From Priapulus caudatus (taxonomy: Eukaryota), in assembly GCF_000485595.1 (NCBI RefSeq), contig NW_014577083.1, forward strand, positions 744,111 to 786,963: DNA of 42,853 bases, given 5' to 3'. The notes beneath the pieces were generated by a model. The model saw nothing but the letters and a program-made list of their open reading frames with translations, had not been told where the DNA came from and ran no database searches. Each line of letters begins with the position of its first letter. Position 1 is the first letter of the stretch. Below, piece after piece: positions 21,786 to 42,564 of the stretch. The position numbers and the translations under genes are program-made.

Positions 21786-24114
21786 ACGTGATTCTGATGC
21801 GTGAATGTCATCATCCGTGCAGAGAATACCTGTTACATACCATGCTGTCACCGCCCAGGCCGAGGCACTCGTCAAACATACATAGCTGCAGCACCCACGC
21901 GAAGGCACAGCGCTACGTAGCCGGTGCCTGTGCAGTGGACAGAGGCAGTGCAATGCTGAAGTCATCACATATTCGAACAGAAGGCGCAGCAATATTGTTA
22001 CACCGCAAGAATTCAGCAGCTGCCGCTGCTCTACATGCTAGCTGAAATTCGCTACACACAGGCTGCGTTATGCGTTGTGAAATTTTAAATAACTTACCAG
22101 GTATGTCGATGTCCGTGCGCGCAATTTTAATCCGAAACGTCGACGTCCACATAACACTGTCGCACAAGAACACAGATGCTTAACACTATCATTCCACGCG
22201 TTGCTGGCATCAACGCGCTTTCACAGCAATACACAAACGCATACATTTCAGCGGCGTTCATCCTGCCACACATGCAAGCTGGCTGGTTATCCATGCGCTG
22301 ACTCACACACGTACACACACACATATATTATGTGTCTCTCTCTGTCGGTCGGTACCGAGAGTGGCACACGTATTTATTCCGGCGTCCTCAACGACATACG
22401 TAATTGAGCATGGCAGCATACGATATGGACACACATCAGCACGCCACGCTTGTGCGATAGCGATGTCACGACCACGCTTGCACACACACACACACACACC
22501 GCACACAGACGACCGCACACACACACACACACACAAGCACAGCACACACCACTACACACACACACGCACACGCTCACACACCACACACACTAAGCACATA
22601 CACGCGCACGGCACACACACGTTACAGCTACGCACGGCAAACGTACGCACCGGCTCGACGCAACAAATGCGCCGCGCTCACAGCGAGCCGATGCATATGG
22701 ACGTCCGTTCCGAGACCGGTACCCGAGCCTCACCTGGAAAGCAGAGTGGGCCTTTTTATTGTCAGCAGGGACCGAAGGCTGAATGCATAATAATTGTTTA
22801 ATTCAATTGTTTCCAAACACAGATGTGCTCTTTGAAAGAAGGAAACGCGCTCCTTTGTTGTAGCCAGATGCAACAATAAAAACTGTCCTATGGGACGCGT
22901 AAAGCAAGCGCAGTTTCAAATGTTTAAGACGAGCACAAAGGCTTGATTTTGAAGGAACCCATTTTGTAAGCCTGCTGCTCAACACGGCAACGAAGCGGTT
23001 TTATGGCGGTCTTTTCAATCCTCCTCATCGCTAGTCCATTAGATGCCAATGGCCTTTAGAATTGCACAGGCGCAGAGAGAACGCATCCGAAGAGACTCGC
23101 GCGAGCAGCGACTGTGTGTGTGCTTCTTTTCAAGCGGTTGCACTGACGGCTGCAATTCGTCGGACGGCGCCAATTTATATGGCCATCCTGCCGCAATTCA
23201 TCGAAACGCGCCGAGTTAAGCCACTCTGATAGCCCCGCGCCATTTCAACCATTGAATGTTGATGACCAGAACACATATATTTTGCAAAGAACGGTTATGA
23301 TTTCATGCTTTATTTTCATTTGTTCCTACTTGTCGCCCGCGAGAGCTGATAGTTAGGCCCGTATTCATGCAGGATCTGATACGAAGCGAAAGTAATATAT
23401 TGTGGCGATGCCTTGATCGCTTAATCAGATGGACTCGATACCGACTCCTATAAACAGAGTGAAATACTTTTAAATAGCCTTTATAGAGAAATTTTCTGGC
23501 CGAACTTACAATGCACTGTTGATATGTTCTTAGAGCGGAGAGAGCCAATAGTCGGGCTGTAATGAAGACTCGGCGGCCGGTAAAATAACCGACGTGTGTC
23601 AGCAGAGTGTAGTGCATCGACTTAAAGGCTCTCTTTTGAACTCGACAGGAACTTCATTAAGGAGACTTTGTTTGTGGGACGCCATAACGCACAACCTAGC
23701 GCCCTGGCACTAGCTATTTACATAACTATACCCCCGCGCAGTCTCCCGCAATCCTCTTCTCCAAATCTGAAAGCCAGCGAAAACAGAGCGAGAAGAAAGG
23801 GCTGCACGTCGCGGTCGCCTTGAATGCTACGTCGCTTCAAAGACTCGTGCGCTTTTTCAGCTGTTTTTTCTTGAATGCCAAATTCGGTCAAGCCTGATCT
23901 GCGCTTTGAAAATTGCATACGAATCCAATCAATAGCGGCTGGCGGTCTTTACAAACACCAGAGAGCATCAAGTGAAAAGTTCTCTTGTTCACCTTAAATA
24001 TCCTAAGAGTAGCCCGCCCGACCTGGCCAGCGAATCCTACAAGGTCACAATGCTTGCCAACGGCCAAGCGTGCTCATTGAGAAAGCTGCATGTACCCATA
24101 GACCCATAGACCCA

Positions 24115-24127
24115 TAACACACAGACA

Positions 24128-24168
<41 letters not shown>

Positions 24169-24552
24169 ACACACACGCACACACACACACCGCGGCGCGA
24201 GCCGCGCCGCACCACACACTCCACACACACACACAATGCGATCACGACACACCACACCACATAACACACACCACACACATCACACACACACACACATTCA
24301 CAGGCACACGACATACCACACACACACACACGCACACACACACACACAACACACACACAACACACACCACGCACCACGCACAGACAGCAACACGTACACG
24401 CACAGCGGATCCAACACGCACAGCACATTGGATGCCAGCAGGGGCTGGCAACGCACACGCAACACGGCACGGCACGCGGGCAACGCACACGTACGCACGC
24501 CACTCCAACTGCACGCACGGATGACACGTACCACGCAACACACAACACACAG
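24115..24552. repeat. Noisy (CA)n/(CACG)n tract
   Basis: Direct inspection. Confidence 0.85.
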
Positions 24553-26321
24553 ACAGCTCCGTATCTCCTTTCATCAGCAATGCACCATGCAGCAGCTAGA
24601 ACTGAGAGATCTCGAGGCCAGCGCATTCGCGAATAATGGCACCTGCTCGCACACTATGTGGTTTAAACGGTATAGCCGCGGGCTTAATTAACGTTATTAA
24701 GCGACCTGTCATCGTTTAAAATTAGATGCATTATTGCGGTATCGTGAATGAAGACGGCCGCAGCAGAGCAGCGTGTGCTGCAACGAAGCGTAGACGCAAC
24801 GAGTGGCATTTTATAGGCTGCGAATCTGGTGTGTGGATTTTGAAATTGCGATGTAGCACCCGTGGCCTCGAGTTTAACAGTTAGGTGAGAGATCTAGATA
24901 GAAGTGCGCTGTTAAATAGGCAGGCCTGGCGTTAGTATCGGCTGTAATCATCGTAGATGAGTCTACTACCGAACGACGATATCGAACTGTAACGTCGCAT
25001 AGCGCATTCGAACGAACTTAAGCATGCACGCGTTTTTTAAGACTGGCTCTAACTTATCTAGTCTATGACGTATATGTCTATAATAGATTACAAAATATAA
25101 GCTAAGAGGGTTTGGTTTCTAGTTTTCTAAAGACAAAGAACGTTGGCGCGTTATTATAAATCGACGAGTTTAAGTTTTCGGATAATAGACAATAGGGGCA
25201 TTAGTGGTTAAACCATAAAAACCAACTATATCGTTAACGTTATTAATACTCTTTATTACAGCCCCCGTTACATTCTAAATACGAAAAACTTCTTCCCTAC
25301 TGATGTTCTAGTAATTGTACGTATGCTATGCGTATTCCGTAAGGAAAGTATTTCTGCCTCAATTCAAAATTAATCGAAGTATATATAATATATATATATA
25401 CACAGTGCATAAGTATACTGTAAATGCAGCGCTTGTTATTTTCAGCGAGTTGTCTGTATAGCTAATGTTCTAGACACATTTTTCGATATTTCAACGCACA
25501 TAAAGTCAGCTATATGTGTCGATGCTGTTTTGTCATTAACAACAATTTGTCATAGTCATTAATTAAACATGATATCTTAAAACTAGGTTATAGATCTGCT
25601 CATCAATTCACATGCACGGCAGATAGCAATTCTATAGGTTGTTCAACACCGAGCGCGCGTTCTGACATTTAAGCAATGCTTTGTATGATTTAATATGCGC
25701 TTTTCTCTCTCATCGTTCAATTGTTCTAGACACATAACTTTACGCGTTTATGCACTGCAGACGACGGGCAGGGTCTGTGTCCACACACATATTTACATAT
25801 ATCAAATTTATTATTTTATCCTTATATTTATCAAATAAGCAATCATCCTTTATTTATACTTCAATTTATCTATCCTTTATAATTGTACCCCGCACTCGAT
25901 CCTACTGTCCTTCCTCTTTTCCTTGACTACTCACTCTTCTCCAGTTAGGCGCAAAGCAATGCAGTGCGATATACCAGTTATCCGATTGACGCATGGTTAT
26001 ACAGTCCCCGCATGCCGCCATCCACTGATCAGCCGCCTCGTTAAGTTCACGTCGCAGCGGATCACATACGGTCTGTCATGGCAGTACGCGAGGTGTTGAA
26101 CATTCACATTCACTGACGACTTAGCATTAATGTCCTGTTCCTTTATCCTTGACTACTCAGCTCTTTCACTCCTTATACTCACTTATAGTCAGAAAATGTT
26201 ATCCGAATATGTTCGCTGTGTGAGCGGGCCTCACAAACACGCACGTAGACCTCACGAGCTTTACGTTAATGACATCGCAGACAGTCATAGCTTCCAGGTG
26301 TGCCACCCTATAGTCGCCTCG

Positions 26322-26521
26322 ACTCTCTCTCTCTCTCTCTCGGTCGGTTCTCCTCTTCTGCTCTCCCTGTTCTTTTCTATCTCTCTCTCTCTCTACTCTC
26401 TCTTTCTCTTTCAGCACTCATCTCTCTATCTCTATCTCTTTTTCGTTGACTCTCTCTCGTCTCTCTCTCTCTCTCTTCTTTTTCTTTCTCTCACTCCTTC
26501 TTCTCTTTCTCTCCCATCTCA

Positions 26522-26552
<31 letters not shown>

Positions 26553-26590
26553 TTCCTTTCTCTCTCTCATCTCTCTCTCATTCTCTCTAT
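26322..26590. repeat. (CT)n tract, counterpart of 41189-41340
   Basis: Both tracts are followed by the same unique tag (GTCCTTATCA...ACAAAGGGACG...TATCAAAGAGCT...GCGGTTAGC). Confidence 0.9.
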
Positions 26591-26646
26591 TTCGGTCCTT
26601 ATCACCATACAAAGGGACGTAGGCTATCAAAGAGCTGCGGTTAGCA

Positions 26647-26671
26647 NNNNNNNNNNNNNNNNNNNNNNNNN
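26647..26671. other. Assembly gap, 25 N
   Basis: N run. Confidence 0.99.
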
Positions 26672-27150
26672 TATATATAGATATATATATATATAATATA
26701 ATAAAAAAGATATAGATATAGATATAATGAGCCACTGTTACGGACCGCACGACGGCCGCATTTGTTTCAAATGTCAAGTTGTACAACGTTGGGAAGTAAC
26801 ACAGCCGCGAGGCACAAACCGATGCTGATGCTATTGACTGATGCTTTCATTCACCCCGGCTATATAAAAGCACGAGTCCCTGCGAACAGCGGGTAGGTGT
26901 ACCGCTATACTCCGCATGAACTTGCCGCCAGGACACAATGCTGCGCCTGTCGCGTACACTTCCCCGTTCTCGCGCTATAGATCCAGACAATAAGCTTCTA
27001 ACCCGAACGAGACAGCGGCTGCTACTAGATGCGTTCTCATGTGTCTGCTTGCACACACATGCGCACACACATGCGCACACACATGCGCACACACACGCGC
27101 ACGCACGCACACGCACACGCGCGCGCGCACGCACACACACACACACACAC
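26672..27150 (+). other. Duplicate of about 15960-16500
   Basis: Same text TAATGAGCCACTGTTACGGACCGC...; ORF MLRLSRTLPRSRAIDPDNK appears at both 16243 and 26938. Confidence 0.95.
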
Positions 27151-28832
27151 ACAGCTCCGTATCTCCTTTCCATCAGCAAATGCACCATGCAGCAGCTAGA
27201 ACTGAGAGATCTAGAGCCAGCGCATCGCGAATGAATGGCACTGCTCGCGCACACTATGTGCGTTTAACGTATACCCGCGGGCTAATTAACGTTATTAACG
27301 ACCTGTCATCGTTAAAATTAGATGCATTATTGCGTATGTGATGAGACGGCCGCAGCAGAGAGCGTGTGCTGCACGAAGCGTTAGACGCAGCGAGTGGCAT
27401 TTTATAGGCTGCGAATCTGGTGTGTGGATTTGAAATTGCCATGCACGCACACCGTGGCTGCGAGTTAACAGTTAGGTGAGAGATCTAGATAGAGTGTCGC
27501 TGTTAAATAGGCAGCCGTTAGTATCGGCTGTAATCATCGTAGGATGAGTATATACCGAGACGATATCCGCAAATGTACGTCGCATACGCAATTCTAACGA
27601 ACTAAGCATGCACGCGTTTTTTAAGCTGGCTCTAAACTTATCTAGTCTATGACGTAATGTCTATAAATAGCATTACAAAATATAAGCTAGAGGGTTTGGT
27701 TTTCTAGTTTTCTAAAACAAAAACGTTGGCGCGTTATTCTAATGACGAGTTAGTTTTCGATAATAGACAATAGGGGCATTAGTGGTTAAACTCTAATACC
27801 AACTATATCGTTAAGGTTATTAAATACTCTTTATTACAGCCCGTTAGCATTCTAATACGAAAAACTTCTCCTACTATTTCTATAATTGTCACGTATCTAT
27901 GGTATTCCGTAAGGAAAGTATTTCTGCCTCTAATTCAAAATTATCGAAAGTATATATATATATATACACAGTGCATAAATATACTGTAAATGCACGCTTG
28001 TTTATTTTCACAGTTGTTGTATAGCTAATGTTCTAGACACGTTTTCGATATTTTCACGCCTATAAAGTCAGCTATATGGTCGATGCTGTATTTGTCATTA
28101 ACCAATTTTCATTCAATTAATTAAACATGAATCTTAAAACTAGGTTATAGATCTGCTCATAATTCATATGCGGCAGATGGCAATTCTAAGGTTGTTCACA
28201 CGTGCGCGCGTTCTGACATTTAACAATGCTTTATAGTGATTTAATATGCGCTTTCTTTTCTTCATCGTTCAATTTTCTAGACCACATAACATTTACGCAT
28301 TTATGCACGCAGACACGGGCACGGTCTGTGGTCCACACACATATTTACATATATAAATTTATATATTTAGCCGTATATTTATCAATACAATCATCCATTT
28401 ATTTATACTTCATTTATCTATCCCTTTATAATTGTACCCCCACTCCCTCCTACTGTCCTGTCCTCTTTTCCTTGACTACTCACTCTTTCTCCAGTTAGCC
28501 AAAGCAATGCAGGTGCGATATTATCCAGTTATCCGATTACGCATGGTTAGTACAGTCCCGCATGCCCCATCCACTGATCAGCCGCCTCGTTCAGTTCACT
28601 GTCCAGCGGATCACATACGTCTGTCATGCAGTACGCGAGGTGTTGAACATTCACATTCACTCACACTTAGCATTAATGTCCTGTTCCTTTATCCTTGACT
28701 ACTCACTCTTTCACTCTTATACTCACGTATAGTCAGAAAATGTATCCGAATATGTTTCGCTGTGTGAGCGCCTCACAAACACGCACGTAGACCTCACGAG
28801 CTTTACGTTAATGACATCGCAGACAGTCATAG
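27151..28832 (+). other. Duplicate (cleaner copy) of 24553-26290
   Basis: Both start ACAGCTCCGTATCTCCTTT and end CGCAGACAGTCATAG; differences are mostly 1-bp insertions in the first copy. Confidence 0.95.
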
Positions 28833-28833
28833 A

Positions 28834-30751
28834 TTGGTGGTATGACTCATCCGGCTAAGCACTGCTGCGCGTGCGCAGTGACGCAGGAATAGAGGCTGCT
28901 AGTGTATAACCTACCCGTCACACTATATAGCGTTCAAAAGATGTCACCGAGTTTCTCTTTATCGCCCGGAATCACGAGTACCTACCTCTCTCAAACAGCG
29001 AGTAGAACACGCTATACTGAGCGCAGGTGGAGGAAGGTGGCTGAACCTGCGGCAGTGGCCGTGTGAAAGACAGCGTCGCCATTGTCCTCAGCCCGTGCGC
29101 CCCTCGTACACAATCATTACATTCACCTCTCTGATGTGTAACTGGAATATTTCTGGCGGAGCGGTGCAAATTAATGCCATGCGTTCTTTTTTTTCGCGGT
29201 AAGCTTCGCTCGTCTGCGGCTGACAGCGTCGATGCAGCAGTGTATAGTGTCGTCCCGCACTACCTGCCTATAACAACTCGTGTGTCAACACACCGGTCAA
29301 GTGCTGCGCGCAGAAGCATCTTTGTTATTTAATTGCATGCAAAATATTTGCAGACGGGCTTAACGCGTACGCCATATTCATTCGGCTGGCGGAGTTTTAA
29401 TTCCGTTTGGTTCAGCGACATCACTTACGCCCTCCTTCGCATGCCTGCCTCCGCTCAATGCTGGCCGCCCTTGATACAGCCAGCCATTCATGCAGCCCTT
29501 TTACTTCTACTCGCAAAAGCACAATTTTACACACCCGCTTGAATTGGCTACGGAGATTGCGCGTGCGCTGGGGGGCGGGGGAATGGGCGGGTAGCGAAAG
29601 GGGGTCGCTGCGCCCGGTGCCCGGTAGATATATATATATATATATATATAATATATATATAGATATAGATATAGATAGATATAGATATATGATATAGATA
29701 TAATGAGCCACTGTTAACGGACCGCGGCACGACGGCCGCATTTGTTTTTCAAATGTCAAGTTGTACAACGGCTGGGAAGTAAACACAGGCCGCGAGGCAC
29801 AAACCGAGATGCTGATGCTATTGACTGATGCTTCCATTCACCCGGGCTATAATAAAAGCACGAGTCCCTGCGAGCAGCGCGGTAGGTGTACCGCTATAGC
29901 TCCGCATGAACTTGCCGCCAGGACACAATGCTGCGGCCTGTCGCCAGTAAGCACTGCCCCGTTCTCGCGCTATAGATCCAGAGCAATAAGGCTTCTAACC
30001 CGAAGAGACAGCGGCTGGCTACTAGATGCGCTTCTCCATGTGCTCTGCTTGCACACACATGCGCACACACATGCGCAGCAACACATGCGCACACACAGCG
30101 CGCACACACGCACACGCACGACCGCGCGCGCGCAAGCACGCACACACCACACACCACACACACACACCCACACACAACACACACAACAACACACACGGCC
30201 CGCCTGTGTGTTTTCAACGCAAACGCGTGTTCACCCCAGCCCCCCCCCCTCCGCTCTTCCTTACGTTCAGGGTTAGATTTTACGCACGTAGCCTTCATAT
30301 TACAAGCAACGATTGTGCGGTTGCTCGTATACGTCAGAGAATCAGGCGCGTGTGTGAACAGACTACTCTATATAGCTGTTATCACAGCATGCCTCGCGGG
30401 CTAGCTGCTTCTTATAGAACGCCAAACACGCCGAATCGATTTTCCGTAATTACATAATAAATTCAAGCAATCGAAATTAATGAATTTCAATCTGTTCCAC
30501 AACCTCATTATACGCCATTGGCATGTGAGCGGTCACGATTAGACAGAACGATTTTACGACAACGCGCGCACACTGGAGTGGCTACACATGATGATTCGCA
30601 TGGGTAAGTCGCTGTCGCCCCTTTATAGGTGTCTCTTTTTCAGCTAAAACTGTTACACCTAATTATTTACCTGTATATGAACTTAAGAAAGGCACGATAC
30701 CGATGAAAGAGCTTTCTGACTAGCGAAAGTAAAATTTGTCTGATTGGCCAG
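28834..30751 (+). other. Duplicate of about 15164-17008
   Basis: Starts ...TATGACTCATCCGGC and ends TGTCTGATTGG; noise increases toward the gap. Confidence 0.95.
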
Positions 30752-30939
30752 NNNNNNNNNNNNNNNNNNNNNNNNNNNNNNNNNNNNNNNNNNNNNNNNN
30801 NNNNNNNNNNNNNNNNNNNNNNNNNNNNNNNNNNNNNNNNNNNNNNNNNNNNNNNNNNNNNNNNNNNNNNNNNNNNNNNNNNNNNNNNNNNNNNNNNNNN
30901 NNNNNNNNNNNNNNNNNNNNNNNNNNNNNNNNNNNNNNN
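30752..30939. other. Assembly gap, 188 N
   Basis: N run; the two flanks overlap each other by about 500 bp. Confidence 0.99.
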
Positions 30940-30941
30940 AG

Positions 30942-38379
<7,438 letters not shown>

Positions 38380-38430
<51 letters not shown>
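38380..38430. repeat. (AC)n microsatellite at a block junction
   Basis: Perfect AC run directly followed by the copy of 12920 onward. Confidence 0.95.
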
Positions 38431-38435
<5 letters not shown>

Positions 38436-38999
38436 GATATTCTTGTTGATGCGATATATGTCCAGAACTTAACGTAACGATCTGGCTGCGACTCCATCGT
38501 CGATACAAACATACCTACATGCATGCTGCAGAGGCAGTATGTCGCTGACCCCACGCGATTTTGTTTAGAAATCCGGGATGACACGCGGGTGACGGCCGAC
38601 TACCGTAGTGTCACATTTAAATGTTACAAACTTTAGTCGACACCCGCAAAAGTGCCGCCGAGGTTTATATACAGCCCTGCGGTAAGGTAGGATAGTTGAA
38701 ATCAAATTTTAGGCGCCTATTTCCGCTATAATTGTGAGGATTCGGTAGGATGTGAAATGCCAAAATTATGTTGCTACCAAAATTATGAATTCCACAACAT
38801 TAAGGTTTTTGCAATTTCAAAAACGCCAATATCACAAATGTGACTAGCAAAATCCACATTTTTGATGACTATTTCAACCAGAGAGTTTCTATACGTTATA
38901 AATGTTTACGTTGTTGCAATATCCATGTAAAATGTTGACAGTCAATTTCTGACAAAATGACAGACTACTGTGTTAACCAGGCATAAAACAGGCAGCATT

Positions 39000-39775
39000 C
39001 AGTGGCGTATTCAGAAATTTATGAACAGGAGGGCGAAATGTACCTTCGCTGCCGCTGACAGGCTCGCGTGCCTACGGCACGCCAGTGCGAGGGGGTCTGG
39101 GGGCATGTTCCCCTAGAAAATATTGAAATATTTAAGCCATTTTTCTGCAATCTGAGGCATACTGTGGGCCATATTCTGATGTCTGATGACATTATCTCAA
39201 CCCCAGACTCAACCCTACAATTTAGGACTTAAAACACTGCATGATTTTTCAGAGAGCGTACACACCTGAGGTTAGGTTACTATAGTAATAATACATGTAT
39301 TAAAACACAGGTAAGAATTGTAACACAAGCTATAACTTGATAAGTCTCATGTTTAATGGCACATTTAATGTCCCATAAGTCCCATGTTTAATGGCACTAA
39401 AAAGGAAACACACTTGATCATGTTGATGATTAGCTCCGATTGGTACACATGTCAGTGTGACAATTAGGCCTACTAATAATTGCCACTGAGATGTTCAGGT
39501 ATTGATTGTGGGTTCGGGACCTTAAGCGTCCCCATGGGGTTTGCCAAGAGCAACTTTCGAGGCTTCCTTCTGATAAAGATGTTGACCACCTTATCCATTT
39601 GCAAAAGGAGGTCCTTGTGGAGCAAACAGAAGGAGGAGGCCGTTCAGTCTCACGTTACCCCTGAAGACACTCTGCTACTAAAAAGTTGTTTTTTTTCAAG
39701 TTTTATTGATTTTTTTCTGGGCGTGCAAACGGGGGGGGCGTACGCCGGCTCCGCCCTATGCTGGATACGCCAGTG
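39000..39775. mobile_element. Second copy of the CAGTGGCGTA TIR element (same insertion site, so a duplicated locus rather than a new insertion)
   Basis: GCATT|CAGTGGCGTATTCAG ... CTGGATACGCCAGTG|GCATT (13/15) with the same flanks as 13482-14225. Confidence 0.8.
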
Positions 39776-40531
39776 GCATTGTATGTGTTACATGCCAGGA
39801 AGCAAGTGCATTTGCTAGCATCACTTGGCATTTTATGTTAGCGTATCTAGAGTTGCCATTGACACTATATTTACAGCTCGTTTAGTCATAAGAGAGGCAC
39901 TGAATCAGCACCGTATCATTTTTAATTTGTCTTTTTACAAACTCGACATGTTTCAAGTGACTGTCATGCGGATCGGTGACACTAACAACCACCTATTTGT
40001 TTCTATATATGTGTTAAGGGTAGGTGTGTGTACAGATTCTAAGATACACGGTGTCTTTACGTGGTTATATACAAAAACTTCTTTGTTTATATATATTAGT
40101 ATGCAGCATATTAGAGCTCCCCATAAGTCATCAAAATAGTGATATACTTAGTATGTTAGGTCGACACACCCGGTTTTTATATATGTTTAATGCATGCATA
40201 TATGGCGTGCCTACATCTATTTCACGTGAATCTAAGCGGTTCATCATAACACAATACAAGTACCCCCTCATAATGCATCAGGGAATTCTAATATATACAC
40301 AATTAATTGATGTATATTAAGAAATAATATAGATTTGTGTGGGGGTGGGTGTAACTGAAACATTTACACGTGAAATAGATAGAGAATATGCTGCGTAGTT
40401 GTAGCGATATTGAAATACCTCATCGGTTTTTAAATTCTAGAAAACTCGTATAATTGTGTGACAATAGCAAGTAATTTCATTATACGCCCTGGCCCATGCT
40501 TCCCTTCTCATCGTGCTGTTACTAGAAACAC

Positions 40532-40796
40532 ACGCTGTTCCCTCATGCGTCATGCCCCCTTCTCCGGTCCTATCTCATTGTAGAATCACCACAAATACGC
40601 TGTTCCCTTATCCGTCATGCCCCCTCCTCCGGTCCCATCTCATTGTAGAATCACCACAAATACGCTGTTCCCTCATCCGCCATGCCTCCTCCTCCGGTCC
40701 CATCTCATTGTAGAATCACCGCAAATACGCTGTTCCCTCATCCGCCATGCCTCCTCCTCCGGTCCCATCTCATTGTAGAATCACCGCAAATACGCT
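40532..40796. repeat. 65-bp tandem repeat, 4 units
   Basis: Units start at 40532, 40597, 40662 and 40727. Confidence 0.95.
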
Positions 40797-40804
40797 AGTG
40801 AAAC

Positions 40805-41188
40805 NNNNNNNNNNNNNNNNNNNNNNNNNNNNNNNNNNNNNNNNNNNNNNNNNNNNNNNNNNNNNNNNNNNNNNNNNNNNNNNNNNNNNNNNNNNNNNNN
40901 NNNNNNNNNNNNNNNNNNNNNNNNNNNNNNNNNNNNNNNNNNNNNNNNNNNNNNNNNNNNNNNNNNNNNNNNNNNNNNNNNNNNNNNNNNNNNNNNNNNN
41001 NNNNNNNNNNNNNNNNNNNNNNNNNNNNNNNNNNNNNNNNNNNNNNNNNNNNNNNNNNNNNNNNNNNNNNNNNNNNNNNNNNNNNNNNNNNNNNNNNNNN
41101 NNNNNNNNNNNNNNNNNNNNNNNNNNNNNNNNNNNNNNNNNNNNNNNNNNNNNNNNNNNNNNNNNNNNNNNNNNNNNNNNNNNNNNNN
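40805..41188. other. Assembly gap, 384 N
   Basis: N run. Confidence 0.99.
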
Positions 41189-41213
41189 TCTCTTCTTCCT
41201 TTTTCTTTCTCTC

Positions 41214-41250
<37 letters not shown>

Positions 41251-41445
41251 CGCTCTCGCTCTCTCGATCTCTCTCTCTCTCTTTCTCTTTCACACTCTCT
41301 CTCTATCTCTCTCTTTCTCTCTCTCTCTCTCATTCTCTCGTTTTCGTCCTTATCAACATGACAAAGGGACGAGGTATCAAAGAGCTCGCGGTTAGCTTCC
41401 TCGGCGCGTGGCTCTCTGCTCTGCACGCCCGCACTGCCTCTCTCG

Positions 41446-41492
41446 CTCTCCATGCGGACTCTGCACTCTCCATGCGAAGTCTGCACTCTCCA
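41446..41492. repeat. 20-bp tandem repeat (CTCTCCATGCGRASTCTGCA), about 2.3 copies
   Basis: Units at 41446, 41466 and a partial unit at 41486. Confidence 0.8.
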
Positions 41493-42486
41493 CGAGGCTG
41501 TCGGTGCGGTTATAACATTATTATTGTGTGGCATCAACATAAATGCCGCTGAAAGATGACCGATGCATGAATGCCCATAAACACGATTGCATCGACGGCT
41601 GCCTCGCGGTGAAGTACTCGCTCTCGCCTTTTATTTCGCCAGGCCGCCTCGCCTGACAATACCATTGACTGTTTCAATTAGCGGAATTATTCAATGCCGC
41701 TGCCCATCGCGAAGAATAATGTAAAAATCATCAGATGTTGAAATGAAATGATAAAACAGTAGAGTGGTTTCTATTAGGGAACATGCACGCTGCGGGAGCG
41801 CGAACAATGGTGGCGCACAAGTGATTTCGCGCCATTGTAGTTCCTTTTGTTTGCCAACAATAGCCGTCCGCTATCTCGCGAGCTGGAAACTTTATCCCCG
41901 TAATTTCGTTATGTATTGAATGCCCGGCGCTGAAGGCGAGAAAATTGATGTTGAATGAAGACTGGAAGTATAACGTATCATAAAATTAGGATGTAAATAC
42001 TGTGCTGTAAAAACCGGAGAATAGTCCCTTTGCCTTGCAGTAATTGACAATTTCAGCGGAGGATATTGCTTCATTTTCGCGCGCCACGTGAGTCTATTGC
42101 TATACCCTTCACTGCAAGAAACGTCCGTCGCTGTACCATATTCCACCACTGCGGGTATCCGTTTTCACTCAAGTCGGAAACCCCGATTTTCATTCGAATA
42201 TTATTTGATAATTCTAATAGATAGCAATTGATGCTGTTTGATTCGCGGAGTACGGCCCATTTTTTGGGGTATGTATGCATAAGGTTACCCAACAATAAAG
42301 GGTGTCATTGATTAATTATAGCTGACCTGCTCACACACCCCGGGTCGTTACCACATTGCGCTAGTTACCGACTCACTATACAGTACTTCGTTGTCACACG
42401 AATCGTGTCACTATTAATAAACGTGCAGGTCTAGATTTCGTTTTGGAACGTTCCAGTATAGATAATTAAGCAGGAGTTCTACTATA

Positions 42487-42508
42487 TCAGGAGTGACTAA
42501 TAATAGAT
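42487..42508 (+). mobile_element. Left TIR-like end of the TCAGGAGT family
   Basis: TA|TCAGGAGTGACTAATAATAGAT matches the reverse complement of the right end at 6999-7020 at 20/22 positions. Confidence 0.5.
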
Positions 42509-42564
42509 TGATTGATAGAAGCTAATATAAATGATAATCTATAGAATAGATCTTATATGAATAG

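Larger units (their letters stand above)
38432..40804 (+). other. Duplicate of 12920-15151
   Basis: Starts TTGAGATATTCTTGTTGATGCG and ends ATACGCTAGTGAAAC in both copies. Confidence 0.96.

Noticed and set aside
39000..39775. Independent second transposon insertion implying recent activity
   Set aside because: Flanks and TSD are the same as at 13482-14225, so it is the same insertion within a duplicated block.
40747..41361. ORFs of 140-204 aa spanning X runs (also 30720-31020 and 26130-26786)
   Set aside because: They are open only because they cross N-gaps and CT/GA repeats.
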